Virus record (IMG/VR): IMGVR_UViG_3300032305_002231
Location: 1 to 48,386 of that record
Source of the DNA: a virus
Taxonomy: Duplodnaviria; Caudoviricetes
DNA length: 48,386 nucleotides
Reading direction: 5' to 3' (one strand)
The position numbers and the translations under genes were made by a program. This document shows positions 1 to 8,800 of this stretch, piece after piece (within the stretch, counting starts at the first letter, position 1; each line of letters opens with the position of its first letter). Under the pieces are notes generated by a model, which did not search any database, was not told where the DNA came from, and worked only from the letters and a program-made list of their open reading frames with translations.

Positions 1-231
1 ATCAGAATGAGTAATAGGACTGTTAATGTTTTCAGAAACTTCTCTTAGTCCATGAGAAACAATATTAGCTTTTTCATATTGCTCATAAATCATTGTCTTA
101 CCATTGACCCATTTCTGATATCTAACAAAGCCACCATGATCAACAAAAATATATTCTCCAAAAGGAAATTTGTCAACAACAATTTTACCCATTAGAATAT
201 ACTTGACAAAATATTCATACTTCTTTTCCAC
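1..231 (-). CDS. hypothetical protein, runs off the window start
   Basis: GTG at 231 with GGGAG upstream; open frame VEKKYEYFVKYILMG... to base 1; collinear with neighbouring minus-strand ORFs. Confidence 0.5.
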   Translation of the reverse strand, partial: MEKKYEYFVKYILMGKIVVDKFPFGEYIFVDHGGFVRYQKWVNGKTMIYEQYEKANIVSHGLREVSENINSPITHSD

Positions 232-235
232 AACA

Positions 236-451
236 TTATCTCCCAAGCTTAAGATTCTTCAAAGCCTTCTTAAGATCATCGCGCAAATTCTGTGCAATGT
301 AAAGTGTATAACTGTTATACTTGTTCTTCAAAAGCACATCAAATCTTTGTTCAATCTTCCTGTTGATAACTTCAATATCAGTCAACACTGCGTCAATAGT
401 TTCTGTTTCATGTGTTCTTACAACTGGAGTATTCGTAATATCATTAAGCAT
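236..451 (-). CDS. small hypothetical protein
   Basis: ORF track 236..502; likely start MLNDITN at 451 after AAGGA; tightly packed. Confidence 0.55.
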   Translation of the reverse strand: MLNDITNTPVVRTHETETIDAVLTDIEVINRKIEQRFDVLLKNKYNSYTLYIAQNLRDDLKKALKNLKLGR

Positions 452-695
452 TATAAAAAATCCTTCCCATAGAGTAACTATATTCAACTGGCACAGTACC
501 AATATTATTCAACATGGCAATAAAGTCAACAACTTTTTGTTGCGCTCTATAAAGTGCAAATGCTGGTGTAGAATATGCTCCAGCATTATCACCCATTACA
601 AAAACATTGTCAATTAACATATCATAACCACACTCATATTTTTCTTCTTTCATATCCGTAAAAATATAAAAACGAAATTCAACTTTCTTAGTCAT
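444..695 (-). CDS. small hypothetical protein
   Basis: 83 aa ORF, GGAG RBS upstream, overlaps next gene. Confidence 0.6.
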   Translation of the reverse strand: MTKKVEFRFYIFTDMKEEKYECGYDMLIDNVFVMGDNAGAYSTPAFALYRAQQKVVDFIAMLNNIGTVPVEYSYSMGRIFYNA

Positions 696-709
696 TTTTT
701 AGTAACTCC

Positions 710-1168
710 TCACCATGACGACTGATAGAACAATGCTACATTATATGCGCGGCCATTGTCAAGCACCTTGAGTGCATTTTCCAAAACTTTCTTGGTATGC
801 TCAATATCGCCCCAATAATATTCATCAAGTTCAGTTGAGCCAAAAAAGAAACCAGAAGTTGGTGGAAGAAGTGTAGCAGCCAATTCACGATTATTAAGTG
901 CAGCATTAACAACACTCAACAATTCTACAACATGGTGACGTTCAACAAAAGCCTTCTGGCATTCATCAATACCATCCTGCACATTCTTCACAAACCAGTT
1001 GTGAATTGCGTTAGCCTTTCTCCAATAACCAAGTGTAATGTCTACACAAATACCATCAACAGTGTCTTTTTCAATAAAAGGAAAAACATCCACAACAGAA
1101 TCCATAACCTTCTGGTTATCATAGCTGTTGAGATTAATCTTTGCAGAAAAATACATATCCAAACCCAT
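710..1168 (-). CDS. conserved phage hypothetical protein (MGLDMY...YWRKANAIHNWF...YQSSW type)
   Basis: Recognisable widespread phage protein motifs; AAGGAG RBS upstream. Confidence 0.75.
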   Translation of the reverse strand: MGLDMYFSAKINLNSYDNQKVMDSVVDVFPFIEKDTVDGICVDITLGYWRKANAIHNWFVKNVQDGIDECQKAFVERHHVVELLSVVNAALNNRELAATLLPPTSGFFFGSTELDEYYWGDIEHTKKVLENALKVLDNGRAYNVALFYQSSW

Positions 1169-1218
1169 AATCAAAACTCCTTTTGTTAATGTTCAAGTAA
1201 GATAGACTATTTTTTGTG

Positions 1219-1416
1219 TTAAGTCAAGTTGGCTGTATGTTTATAATATTTAATGTTGCTGTAAGGAATAAAGGTGTTAATAACATTTCTTTGTTCACGA
1301 TTAATTTGTCTTATCCAAACACCGTCTTTATCAAAATTTATATCATCATCATTATCATAATATAAACAAGGTTCCATGTCAACACTAATTGAATTAATTA
1401 AATGTATTTCAATCAT
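1219..1416 (-). CDS. small hypothetical protein
   Basis: ORF track 1219..1443; probable start MIEIHL after GAGGA. Confidence 0.5.
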   Translation of the reverse strand: MIEIHLINSISVDMEPCLYYDNDDDINFDKDGVWIRQINREQRNVINTFIPYSNIKYYKHTANLT

Positions 1417-1669
1417 CAAAATGTTCCTCTTTGTTATGCACAACCCAATTCATATAAGCATCAAAAAATTGCTTGTATGACTCTGGTATTTGATTATGAC
1501 TATAATCTGCCATCACATATGCACCATAATCAGAAGGCTCATCAGAAAACCTTCTGATAAACGTGGTCCAATTTTCATTCTTATGATACCAGTAATCTAC
1601 AAACTTGTCAACTTCTTTATCAAGAAAAGTACCAATAAAAACACATGCATTGCAATCATGTTTATACAT
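1409..1669 (-). CDS. hypothetical protein (HDCxxC...DYWY...SDEPSDY)
   Basis: 86 aa ORF, start overlaps upstream stop, GGAG RBS. Confidence 0.65.
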   Translation of the reverse strand: MYKHDCNACVFIGTFLDKEVDKFVDYWYHKNENWTTFIRRFSDEPSDYGAYVMADYSHNQIPESYKQFFDAYMNWVVHNKEEHFDD

Positions 1670-1905
1670 TATTGAAACTCCGTATCAATATATTCAATAA
1701 GCCTGTCAATACTTAACATCAAAGCACCTTCAATATTCATTGCTCTAAGAAACTTAAGATGCACTTCTGCATCTGAATAGTCAATAAAAATTTGAGTGTC
1801 ACCAATAAATTTCTTGGTTACAAAATTGTTCCACTTATCCAGAAACAGTATTTCATTCTTATCATTAACTTTTGTAATGATGTGCAAGCTAAAAAGTTTT
1901 GGCAT
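1669..1905 (-). CDS. small hypothetical protein
   Basis: 78 aa ORF in packed early operon, GAGGA RBS. Confidence 0.6.
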   Translation of the reverse strand: MPKLFSLHIITKVNDKNEILFLDKWNNFVTKKFIGDTQIFIDYSDAEVHLKFLRAMNIEGALMLSIDRLIEYIDTEFQ

Positions 1906-2100
1906 TTACTTGTTCCTCAATCGCAAAATCAAATTTCTGTTGTATTCATTATACTCAACAATCCAATTTTTGCAAGAAGATTCTTTAGTTGACCTAAAAA
2001 GAATATCGTTGTTATTACGGATAACAACATATTCATCACCAATCTTTTCCAGAGCGACCATTTGTTTCAATCTCCATTTGATGCAATCATTATAGCACAC
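1906..2100 (-). CDS. small hypothetical protein (true start probably MVALEK)
   Basis: ORF track; GGAG precedes the internal ATG. Confidence 0.5.
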   Translation of the reverse strand: MCYNDCIKWRLKQMVALEKIGDEYVVIRNNNDILFRSTKESSCKNWIVEYNEYNRNLILRLRNK

Positions 2101-2116
2101 TCTTTTGTAATGTCAA
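2089..2116 (-). promoter_or_regulatory. sigma70-type early promoter
   Basis: TTGACA-N16-TATAAT on the minus strand, heading the leftward small-ORF operon. Confidence 0.7.
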
Positions 2117-2212
2117 ATCCTTTTTTATTAAAAAGATTTAATAAATCTCTTCTTGACTCTCATAAGAATGTGGAGTAATATGTTTGAGTAATTTGATGAA
2201 AGGATATTTCAA

Positions 2213-2416
2213 ATGTCTAGCAAATTTTTTCTTGGTGACATTGTTAATTTTAAGAATGGTAAAACACTTGTTGAGGGAAAAGTTATTGACCTTGAATGGT
2301 TTCCCTTGACAAAGGTATTTGTTTATACTATTGAAGCAAAGAACAACACACAATACCGTGTTGGTCAACCTGCTGTTAAGATGGTTCCTTTTAATAAGAG
2401 GAAAGAACAATGGTAA
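2213..2416 (+). CDS. small hypothetical protein (SH3/KOW-like)
   Basis: KFFLGDIVNF...GKVID pattern; AAGGA RBS. Confidence 0.55.
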   Translation: MSSKFFLGDIVNFKNGKTLVEGKVIDLEWFPLTKVFVYTIEAKNNTQYRVGQPAVKMVPFNKRKEQW

Positions 2417-2520
2417 AACATTAAAAGTTTTTAATAAAAAAGTTCTTGCATTAAAAAGTGTCTTAGCTTATAGTCTTAAAACGTTGGGAATGATCCCAAC
2501 ACAAAAAAGGAGTTTTTCAA

Positions 2521-3387
2521 ATGCCAAAGGGTGTTCCTTCTGCTGGTTTCCGCGTTCGTAAGGGTCGTGACACTTCCATGTTCTATGGTGAAAACAAGTC
2601 ACCAATCCAGACTGTGGAAAACAATGAGTCTGATGAACAGATTGCTGATCGTCTTAATGACGTTTTTGATATTCTTAAGCTTATGACTGAAGCAACTTCT
2701 AACGGTTCTGCAAAGGCTGTTATTGTTTCTGGTGCTCCCGGTCTTGGTAAGTCTTTTACTGTGGAAGAAGTTCTTAAGCCTCTTGGTGACACTGTTGGTT
2801 TTGTCAAGGGTTTTGTGCGTCCCACTGGTCTTTACAAGGCACTTCATGAATACCAGCATCCCGGTAACGTGCTTGTGTTTGATGATTGTGACTCTGCTTT
2901 TGGTGACGAAACGTCTCTTAACCTTCTGAAGGCTGCTTGTGACACTCTTGACACACGCAAGATTTCTTATGGTGCAGAAACTAACATGGAAGATGCTGAC
3001 GGTAACAAGCTGCCACGTTCTTTTGAGTTCAATGGTGCAATTATTTTCATCACCAACCTTGACTTTGAACAAATGATTGCATCTGGTTCTAAGCTTTCTC
3101 CTCACCTTGAGGCACTTATGTCACGTTCTCACTACATTAATCTTGGCATGAAGACTAAGCGTGACTATCTGGTGCGTATTAAGCAGGTCATTTCTCTTGG
3201 TATGTTGCGTAAGCGCAACATCTCTGAGGAAGGTGAAAAGGAAATTATGGATTGGGTCTTTGAAAATGTGGAAAAGTTCCGTGAACTGTCTCTGCGTATG
3301 GTAATCAAGGCTTCTGATTTGTATAAGAGCAACAACTCTGAGTGGAAGCGTATCGCTTCTGCAACACTCTTCAGGGCTGGTAGGTAA
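2521..3387 (+). CDS. AAA+ family P-loop ATPase
   Basis: Walker A GAPGLGKS, Walker B VLVFDDCD, IIFITN sensor, ALMSR finger; AAGGAG RBS. Confidence 0.85.
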   Translation: MPKGVPSAGFRVRKGRDTSMFYGENKSPIQTVENNESDEQIADRLNDVFDILKLMTEATSNGSAKAVIVSGAPGLGKSFTVEEVLKPLGDTVGFVKGFVRPTGLYKALHEYQHPGNVLVFDDCDSAFGDETSLNLLKAACDTLDTRKISYGAETNMEDADGNKLPRSFEFNGAIIFITNLDFEQMIASGSKLSPHLEALMSRSHYINLGMKTKRDYLVRIKQVISLGMLRKRNISEEGEKEIMDWVFENVEKFRELSLRMVIKASDLYKSNNSEWKRIASATLFRAGR

Positions 3388-3398
3388 TAAGAAAAGTA

Positions 3399-3431
3399 TT
3401 GACACTAGATCAGAAATGGTCTAGTGTCTTT
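3399..3431 (+). terminator. hairpin terminator superimposed on a sigma70-like promoter
   Basis: GACACTAGATCA-GAAA-TGGTCTAGTGTC then TTT; TTGACA-N17-TAGTGT in the same bases. Confidence 0.5.
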
Positions 3432-3450
3432 ACATAAGAAAGAGGATGTA

Positions 3451-3783
3451 ATGAAGAAAGATATTAAAGACAAATGGATAAAAGCATTACGTTCAGGTAA
3501 TTATGAACAAGGTAAAAGTAGTTTAAGAAGTTTGGATAATAAGTTCTGTTGTCTTGGTGTTCTTTGTGATATCATAGACAACAAGAAATGGGAAACATTT
3601 GAAAAAACAAACTCAGCAAAAGCTTCTTATCCCTATACTTATAATGGTTATAGTGGTATTTTAAGCTATAAAATGACAACAGAATTAAAAATGAAAGATG
3701 ATGAACAACAAAAATTAATTGATATGAATGATACTGGTAAAAGCTTTGCAGAGATTGCAGATTGGATTGAGGGAAATCTATGA
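3451..3783 (+). CDS. conserved phage hypothetical protein (KWIKALRSG..EQG...CCLGVLC)
   Basis: Recognisable motif set; GAGGA RBS before ATG 3451. Confidence 0.75.
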   Translation: MKKDIKDKWIKALRSGNYEQGKSSLRSLDNKFCCLGVLCDIIDNKKWETFEKTNSAKASYPYTYNGYSGILSYKMTTELKMKDDEQQKLIDMNDTGKSFAEIADWIEGNL

Positions 3784-3959
3784 AAGAAATTAATAAAATT
3801 TCATTTGACATTATAGAGAAATACGCTATGATGATTGCACTAGGAAATAACGGTGGTGGTTGGTCAACACATTATAATGAAGACCAAAAAAACCACTGGA
3901 GAAATTTGGTAACAAATCTTTGTTCTGATATTTTAAAGGAGTCTAAAAAAAATGGTTGA
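3780..3959 (+). CDS. 59 aa hypothetical protein (GNNGGGWSTHY), not in ORF track
   Basis: ATG overlaps the upstream stop (ATGA); the stop overlaps the next start region. Confidence 0.55.
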   Translation: MKEINKISFDIIEKYAMMIALGNNGGGWSTHYNEDQKNHWRNLVTNLCSDILKESKKNG

Positions 3960-4329
3960 CAAGGTTATTCGTGATGGTAGAGTTGCTGTAGTTTATTCTC
4001 ACGGTTATGGATCAGGATGGTCTACTTGGTGTAGTGCTTCCAAGGAAATTATTGAACGTCTTATGTTTGATCCAGAACTGGTTGCGCTTGTGGAAAAGTT
4101 TGAATCTCTTACAGAAGAAAATAATTATCTCGTTGTTGATGAAATTGAAAAGTGGGTTAATGCTCATTTTAACAAGCTTGACAACGGTAATGATCATGTG
4201 TATTGTGGTTCCAATATTGGTGATTTGACCATTGAATGGGTTCCTGTAGGCACTCAGTTTAAAATTTCTGAGTATGATGGCTCAGAGAGTGTTCATTTTT
4301 ACAATCCTGAATCTTGGTATATTGCTTAA
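3952..4329 (+). CDS. conserved phage hypothetical protein (VAVVYSHGYGSGWSTW...EYDGSE)
   Basis: Recognisable motif set; AAGGAG RBS. Confidence 0.75.
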   Translation: MVDKVIRDGRVAVVYSHGYGSGWSTWCSASKEIIERLMFDPELVALVEKFESLTEENNYLVVDEIEKWVNAHFNKLDNGNDHVYCGSNIGDLTIEWVPVGTQFKISEYDGSESVHFYNPESWYIA

Positions 4330-4340
4330 AGAAATAAAGT

Positions 4341-4379
4341 GCCCACATATTCCAATTGGTAGAGAAACGAGACTGAAAG
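4341..4379 (+). pseudogene. 5' half of a tRNA gene, truncated in the anticodon loop
   Basis: GCCCACA-TA-TTCCAATTGGTAGAGAA-A-CGAGA-CTGAAAG mirrors the 5' half of the tRNA at 5021; no 3' half follows. Confidence 0.6.
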
Positions 4380-4384
4380 ATAAA

Positions 4385-4424
4385 AATCCATAAATAGTTT
4401 CTAAAAGGAGACTGTTTATGGATT
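4385..4424 (+). promoter_or_regulatory. late-promoter-containing hairpin occluding the RBS and start codon of the HNH gene
   Basis: 18-bp stem AATCCATAAATAGTTTCT / GGAGACTGTTTATGGATT (3 G-U pairs), 4-nt loop; CATAAATA in the 5' arm. Confidence 0.75.
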
Positions 4425-5068
4425 GTCAATATGGTTGCAATAATAAATCAAATTTCATTTTAAAAAATGGAAAAAACTGTTGTTCTGATACTTATAATAA
4501 GTGTCCAAATTTAAGAAGAAAAAATTCTGAAAAACTTAAACTTGCTTATAAAGAGGGAAGAAAAAACAATAATCATTGGAATAAAGAAACCAGAGGATGG
4601 AGAAAAGGTAAAAATTCTTTTTCAGATAAAAGAATATGTGGAAACAAAAACCTATTTACAGAAAACTCCAATTCAACAACAGGAACAATAAAAAAAATAT
4701 TAATTAAAGAAAAGTTAAAAAAATATGAATGTATTATTTGTAAGAATAATGGTAGTTGGAATGAAAAAGAATTGATGTTAGAATTGGATCATATTAATGG
4801 AAAAAGAAAAGATAATAGATTAGAAAATTTAAGGTTTTTGTGTCCTAACTGCCATAGTCAAACATCAACATTTAAAGGTAGAAACATTAACAAAAATAAA
4901 AAGATTGAAGATTCTGTATTCATAGAAGCATTAAAAAGAGAAAAAAACATTAGACAAGCTTTAATTTCACTTGACTTAGACCCAAAAGGTGGTAATTATA
5001 AGAGAGGAAAAAGACTTTTAGCGTATGTATCCCAACTGGTAGAGGAAATTGGCTCAAACCCAACATAG
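4418..5068 (+). CDS. HNH homing endonuclease
   Basis: ECIIC...LELDHING...DNRLENLRFLCPNCHSQT; its 3' end runs into the tRNA-Leu gene. Confidence 0.9.
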   Translation: MDCQYGCNNKSNFILKNGKNCCSDTYNKCPNLRRKNSEKLKLAYKEGRKNNNHWNKETRGWRKGKNSFSDKRICGNKNLFTENSNSTTGTIKKILIKEKLKKYECIICKNNGSWNEKELMLELDHINGKRKDNRLENLRFLCPNCHSQTSTFKGRNINKNKKIEDSVFIEALKREKNIRQALISLDLDPKGGNYKRGKRLLAYVSQLVEEIGSNPT

Positions 5069-5097
5069 TGAAGGTTCAAATCCTTTCATACGCACCA
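5021..5097 (+). tRNA. tRNA-Leu(CAA) with short variable loop
   Basis: Acceptor GCGTATG/CATACGC, anticodon arm (A)TTGG-CTCAAAC-CCAA(C), T arm GAAGG-TTCAAAT-CCTTT, encoded ACCA. Confidence 0.85.
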
Positions 5098-5108
5098 AAA
5101 ACATATTA

Positions 5109-5191
5109 GCCCATGTGGTGGAATTGGTAGACACATCAGCATTCCGAGTGCATTGATTATTTTACAGGTTCAAATCTGACTGTGGGCACCA
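5109..5191 (+). pseudogene. degenerate/chimeric tRNA-like gene (possible anticodon CCG)
   Basis: GCCCATG/TGTGGGC acceptor with 2 G-U pairs, GGAATTGGTAGAC D-loop, GTTCAAATC, ACCA; T-stem ACAGG/CTGAC mismatched. Confidence 0.6.
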
Positions 5192-5215
5192 AAACTTTTT
5201 ATAAGGAGTTAAAAA

Positions 5216-5650
5216 ATGAAAGCATTAAGTAAACTTAATCCTGAAAACAATCAAGAAGTGTTTGACTTTGTTATTGAAAAGCTTTATCGTCAAGGTAAGC
5301 AGTCAAAAAACTTTAATGATGAAGGTGGAAGTCAATGCGTTTATCGTTCAGATGATGGTTCCAAGTGTGCAGTGGGTCATTTGATTCCATATGATTTATA
5401 CACGTCAAGGATAGAATCAATTGGTGCTTATACTCTAGCTAATATGGATACAGAAAACAAGAAACTTAAAAAGATTTCTGATTACATAAAGAAATTTAAT
5501 ACTGATTTGCTTGTTAGGTTACAAACTCTTCATGATATTGATTTTAAAAACATACCAGATTTTTTAGCAGCCGCAGAAACCATTTCTTTTCCAGTTAATA
5601 AAGATATAGTACACAAGCTTAGGATTGAATATAATGACAGAAAATTATAA
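5216..5650 (+). CDS. conserved phage hypothetical protein (QGKQS..C.YR..G.KCA.GH..LQ.LHD); paralog of 19184..19621
   Basis: Shared motifs with the second copy; AAGGAG RBS. Confidence 0.75.
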   Translation: MKALSKLNPENNQEVFDFVIEKLYRQGKQSKNFNDEGGSQCVYRSDDGSKCAVGHLIPYDLYTSRIESIGAYTLANMDTENKKLKKISDYIKKFNTDLLVRLQTLHDIDFKNIPDFLAAAETISFPVNKDIVHKLRIEYNDRKL

Positions 5651-5849
5651 AATATTACATACAAAAATTAGAAAAGAAAAAGAATTACAACCAATTTTTG
5701 AAGAACACGAATTATTGTTTCCATATATTGGAGAAAGAATTATTAATATTGAAGATGAAAAAAATTTAAAACTTGCGATTAGAGATTTTGGTGTTGATAT
5801 AGATACAAAAGAACGACTTTATTCCGTTGAATTAAGAATTTATAGTTGA
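5634..5849 (+). CDS. small hypothetical protein
   Basis: ORF track 5625..5849; ATG at 5634 overlaps the upstream gene end. Confidence 0.5.
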   Translation: MTENYKILHTKIRKEKELQPIFEEHELLFPYIGERIINIEDEKNLKLAIRDFGVDIDTKERLYSVELRIYS

Positions 5850-8800
5850 ATATATTCAATCGCAGAAAGGTTAGCTGTATCAGAAGAGGTAACACCAACA
5901 ATAGAGTTGACGGTAGAATTGGCAACAAAGAAACCGTTAACTATTTGTGCTTCCAAAGTATTGATTACATTTAATGTTGCAAAAGATTCATTGTTAACTG
6001 CAATAGAAGATATGTTAGAGTAAGTGTTTGAAGTCAATCCAACAAGTGTTTGAACATTTGAGAATTCACCAGAGATTTGGTACAAAGTAACAGATGTTGT
6101 ATTAGATGTAACAACTGTTGCATAATTGTTTGTAAGACTCATGATTTTGTTAACCACTGCATTGGCAGTAGAAGATGAACCAAACAGTGTAACATTGTTT
6201 GCAAAGGTTCCAAAGGAATTTGTGATGGTAATAGATGAAGAATTTTTAGAGATAATAGTACCAATGGCAGTATTGACAAAGACAATATTTTCTGTAACAG
6301 GATTTCTCTTGTACTGATAAACAATTTCACCATTAGAAAATGTATTAACAATACTTCTTAAATATAAAATAGTTTTTTCCACATAAACATTTTCACCTGC
6401 TGTAAATGTGTTATTGGAATAAGAAGTTAGAGTTGCTGCACAATTAGAAGTTTGTCCTGTCAAGGTTGTGGAGTTTGCAAAGGTTCCTGTATTTAATCTT
6501 ATTTCTACTGTTGACAGATTGGCATTTAAAACTGTACCATTGGCAGTTTGTGAACCAATAGTTCCCTGATAAATATTTTCCCCAACAGAAAATGACTGTG
6601 TTGTATTTGCACCAGATGTTACTGTTGCAATTTTCATTTTAATTTTTGGTAAGTGTGCAACAACATATTTTGTTGGTCCAAAGACGTTTGCAGAGGAATT
6701 AAATACTGCTGTTGAATTGACCACATAAACGTTTGTGACAGAGGAATTAGCTGTTACTGCTGCCACGTATCCAAAAGCTGAATTGGTGCTTGCATTGGGC
6801 TGCTGAATGGTTTGTCCCACAATGAAATTGACATTGGTAGCATTAATCTGTATAAGAGTTTTCATAGGTGTTCTTATGGTTGCAAATCCAATGTTGGCTG
6901 TACCATTAGTCTGATAAATCACTTCACCATTTGTAAATACTTGTGCATTAGATGTTTGTGCAACTGTCAAGAAAAGATTTGCTGTTGCGATATTAGAAGT
7001 ATAAGAAACCGCATTGACATATGAATTTGTTACTGAATCATGAATGACTGCACCAAAAGGTTTTGTTCCTGATAGGTGAAGAACTTTTTTGAGAACGTCA
7101 ACATATTTTTCAAAAGGTAACGCAGATTTAACTTGATATGAAAACTCTTGATAAAAGTCACCATCCTGTAGTTTCTTATCAGAAGATAAAAAGCTTTTTG
7201 TGGATTTAAAGTAACCTTCTGATTGACCTTGATTAAGAAGAGTTAATTGTACAGAACCTGAACGTGAATTATCAGTTGAAGTGAATGTTGCAATTTCATC
7301 ATCAACATAACCAAATCCAGAATCAAGAATTGAAACTTCTGTTATGTTACCATTAGATGTTGTAACATTTGCTGTAATGTTGGCATTCAAGCCTGATTGT
7401 GGTGGATCACGTGGAGCAACACCAACAACTGTAGAAGTTGCACCAGAAGTCATACCCACAAGATTAGCACCTGTTGGAGAAAAGTCAAGGGTAGAAATTC
7501 TTTTTAAAAGAAGCGTAGAAGTGTTGGTTTGTGCTTGCACAATAGCTTTTGCATTGGCATAATAATTGGTTGTGTTCACTGCAGAAATGTTAGCTGTTGC
7601 TGTAGAAGTCAACCCTGTTATAACTGCTGTTGAGTTTGTAACAAAGGCACCAGACACAGAAAAGATAACAAGATTGCCCACATTGGCTGTTACAGTTTGT
7701 GCTTGCAAAATGCCTGTAGCTATGTTAGCAGTACCATTTGACTGATAGACATATTCTCCGGGTTGCCATGTGTTAGCAGAATTATTAACAGAAAGTGTTG
7801 TTGAATTAGCAAAAGTTACAATCTGTTCAACAACTTCATTTTGTGTATAATCTCTTGAAATATTTGAAATGGTTGCAGTGTAATATAATTTGTACAGTCC
7901 TTTATAATATTTTTCATGAAAAACTACAAAAGGTGCAAGTGAATAAGAATTTCCGGGATTAATGTTTGTTAACGCAGCAATAACCCCAACATTCATAGGT
8001 GTATAATTCAGAGCATCAAAAATTCTTGAGTTGATATTTGCTGATGGTGTCTTGGCAAATCCATAACCATTGGATGCAACATTTGAATTTGAACCATTAA
8101 GAACAATAGTAAGAAACGGAATTAAACCTGAATTATTAGCACCAATCAAATCATCATTCAAGTAAATTGTTTCAGTATACACAAGATTTGTAAAAGAAAC
8201 ATTGGCAGATGTACCATTAGCCATGTTGGTAACGTTAGCAAATGTATTTGAAGACGTTCCATAAACATATGCATTTGATCCAGTATAGAACGTATTACCA
8301 ACATTTACAATACCAATTGACTGTGTGAAAGATACAACATTGGCTGTTGAATTAGACACAGAACCTGTAACAGTGTTTGGAGAAAACAGAACACCTTTAA
8401 AGTTTGTTAAGAATAAAGTTGTTGTGCTTGAATTTGATGTAAAAGATGTTATAGTACCGTTTCCTGTTGATTGGTAAACAGATTCACCTACAACAAATGG
8501 AGAAGAAACAGAATTAACAACAACAAATGTATTTGTTCCAATAGCAATTACATTAGCTGCTGCTGTTTTGTCTGTATAAGTTCCAGTGGTAGCTGTTACA
8601 ACATTTCCTTGTTTTGAGAATGCTGCTGTATAGTTAAGATTTGACACTGCACCATTGGACAATCTTCCAACCATAGCAAGAAGTGAACCTGCTGTTGAAT
8701 TTGTCGCAGTTGTTGATATAATTGTACCAGTACCAGCTACAGAGTTGTTAGCAAAATATTTTTCAATAATGTTGCCGTTTGAAAATGTACCACCAGAAAG

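Noticed and set aside
2583-3405. Antisense ORFs over the ATPase, and similar shadows at 28629, 33118, 19924, 36996 and 43560
   Set aside because: Opposite-strand shadows of well-supported genes, lacking an RBS or recognisable motifs.
4379-5020. Group I intron in a tRNA anticodon loop carrying the HNH
   Set aside because: There is no room or recognisable ribozyme core around the ORF, and no 3' exon starting with the TCTCG strand needed to pair with CGAGA.
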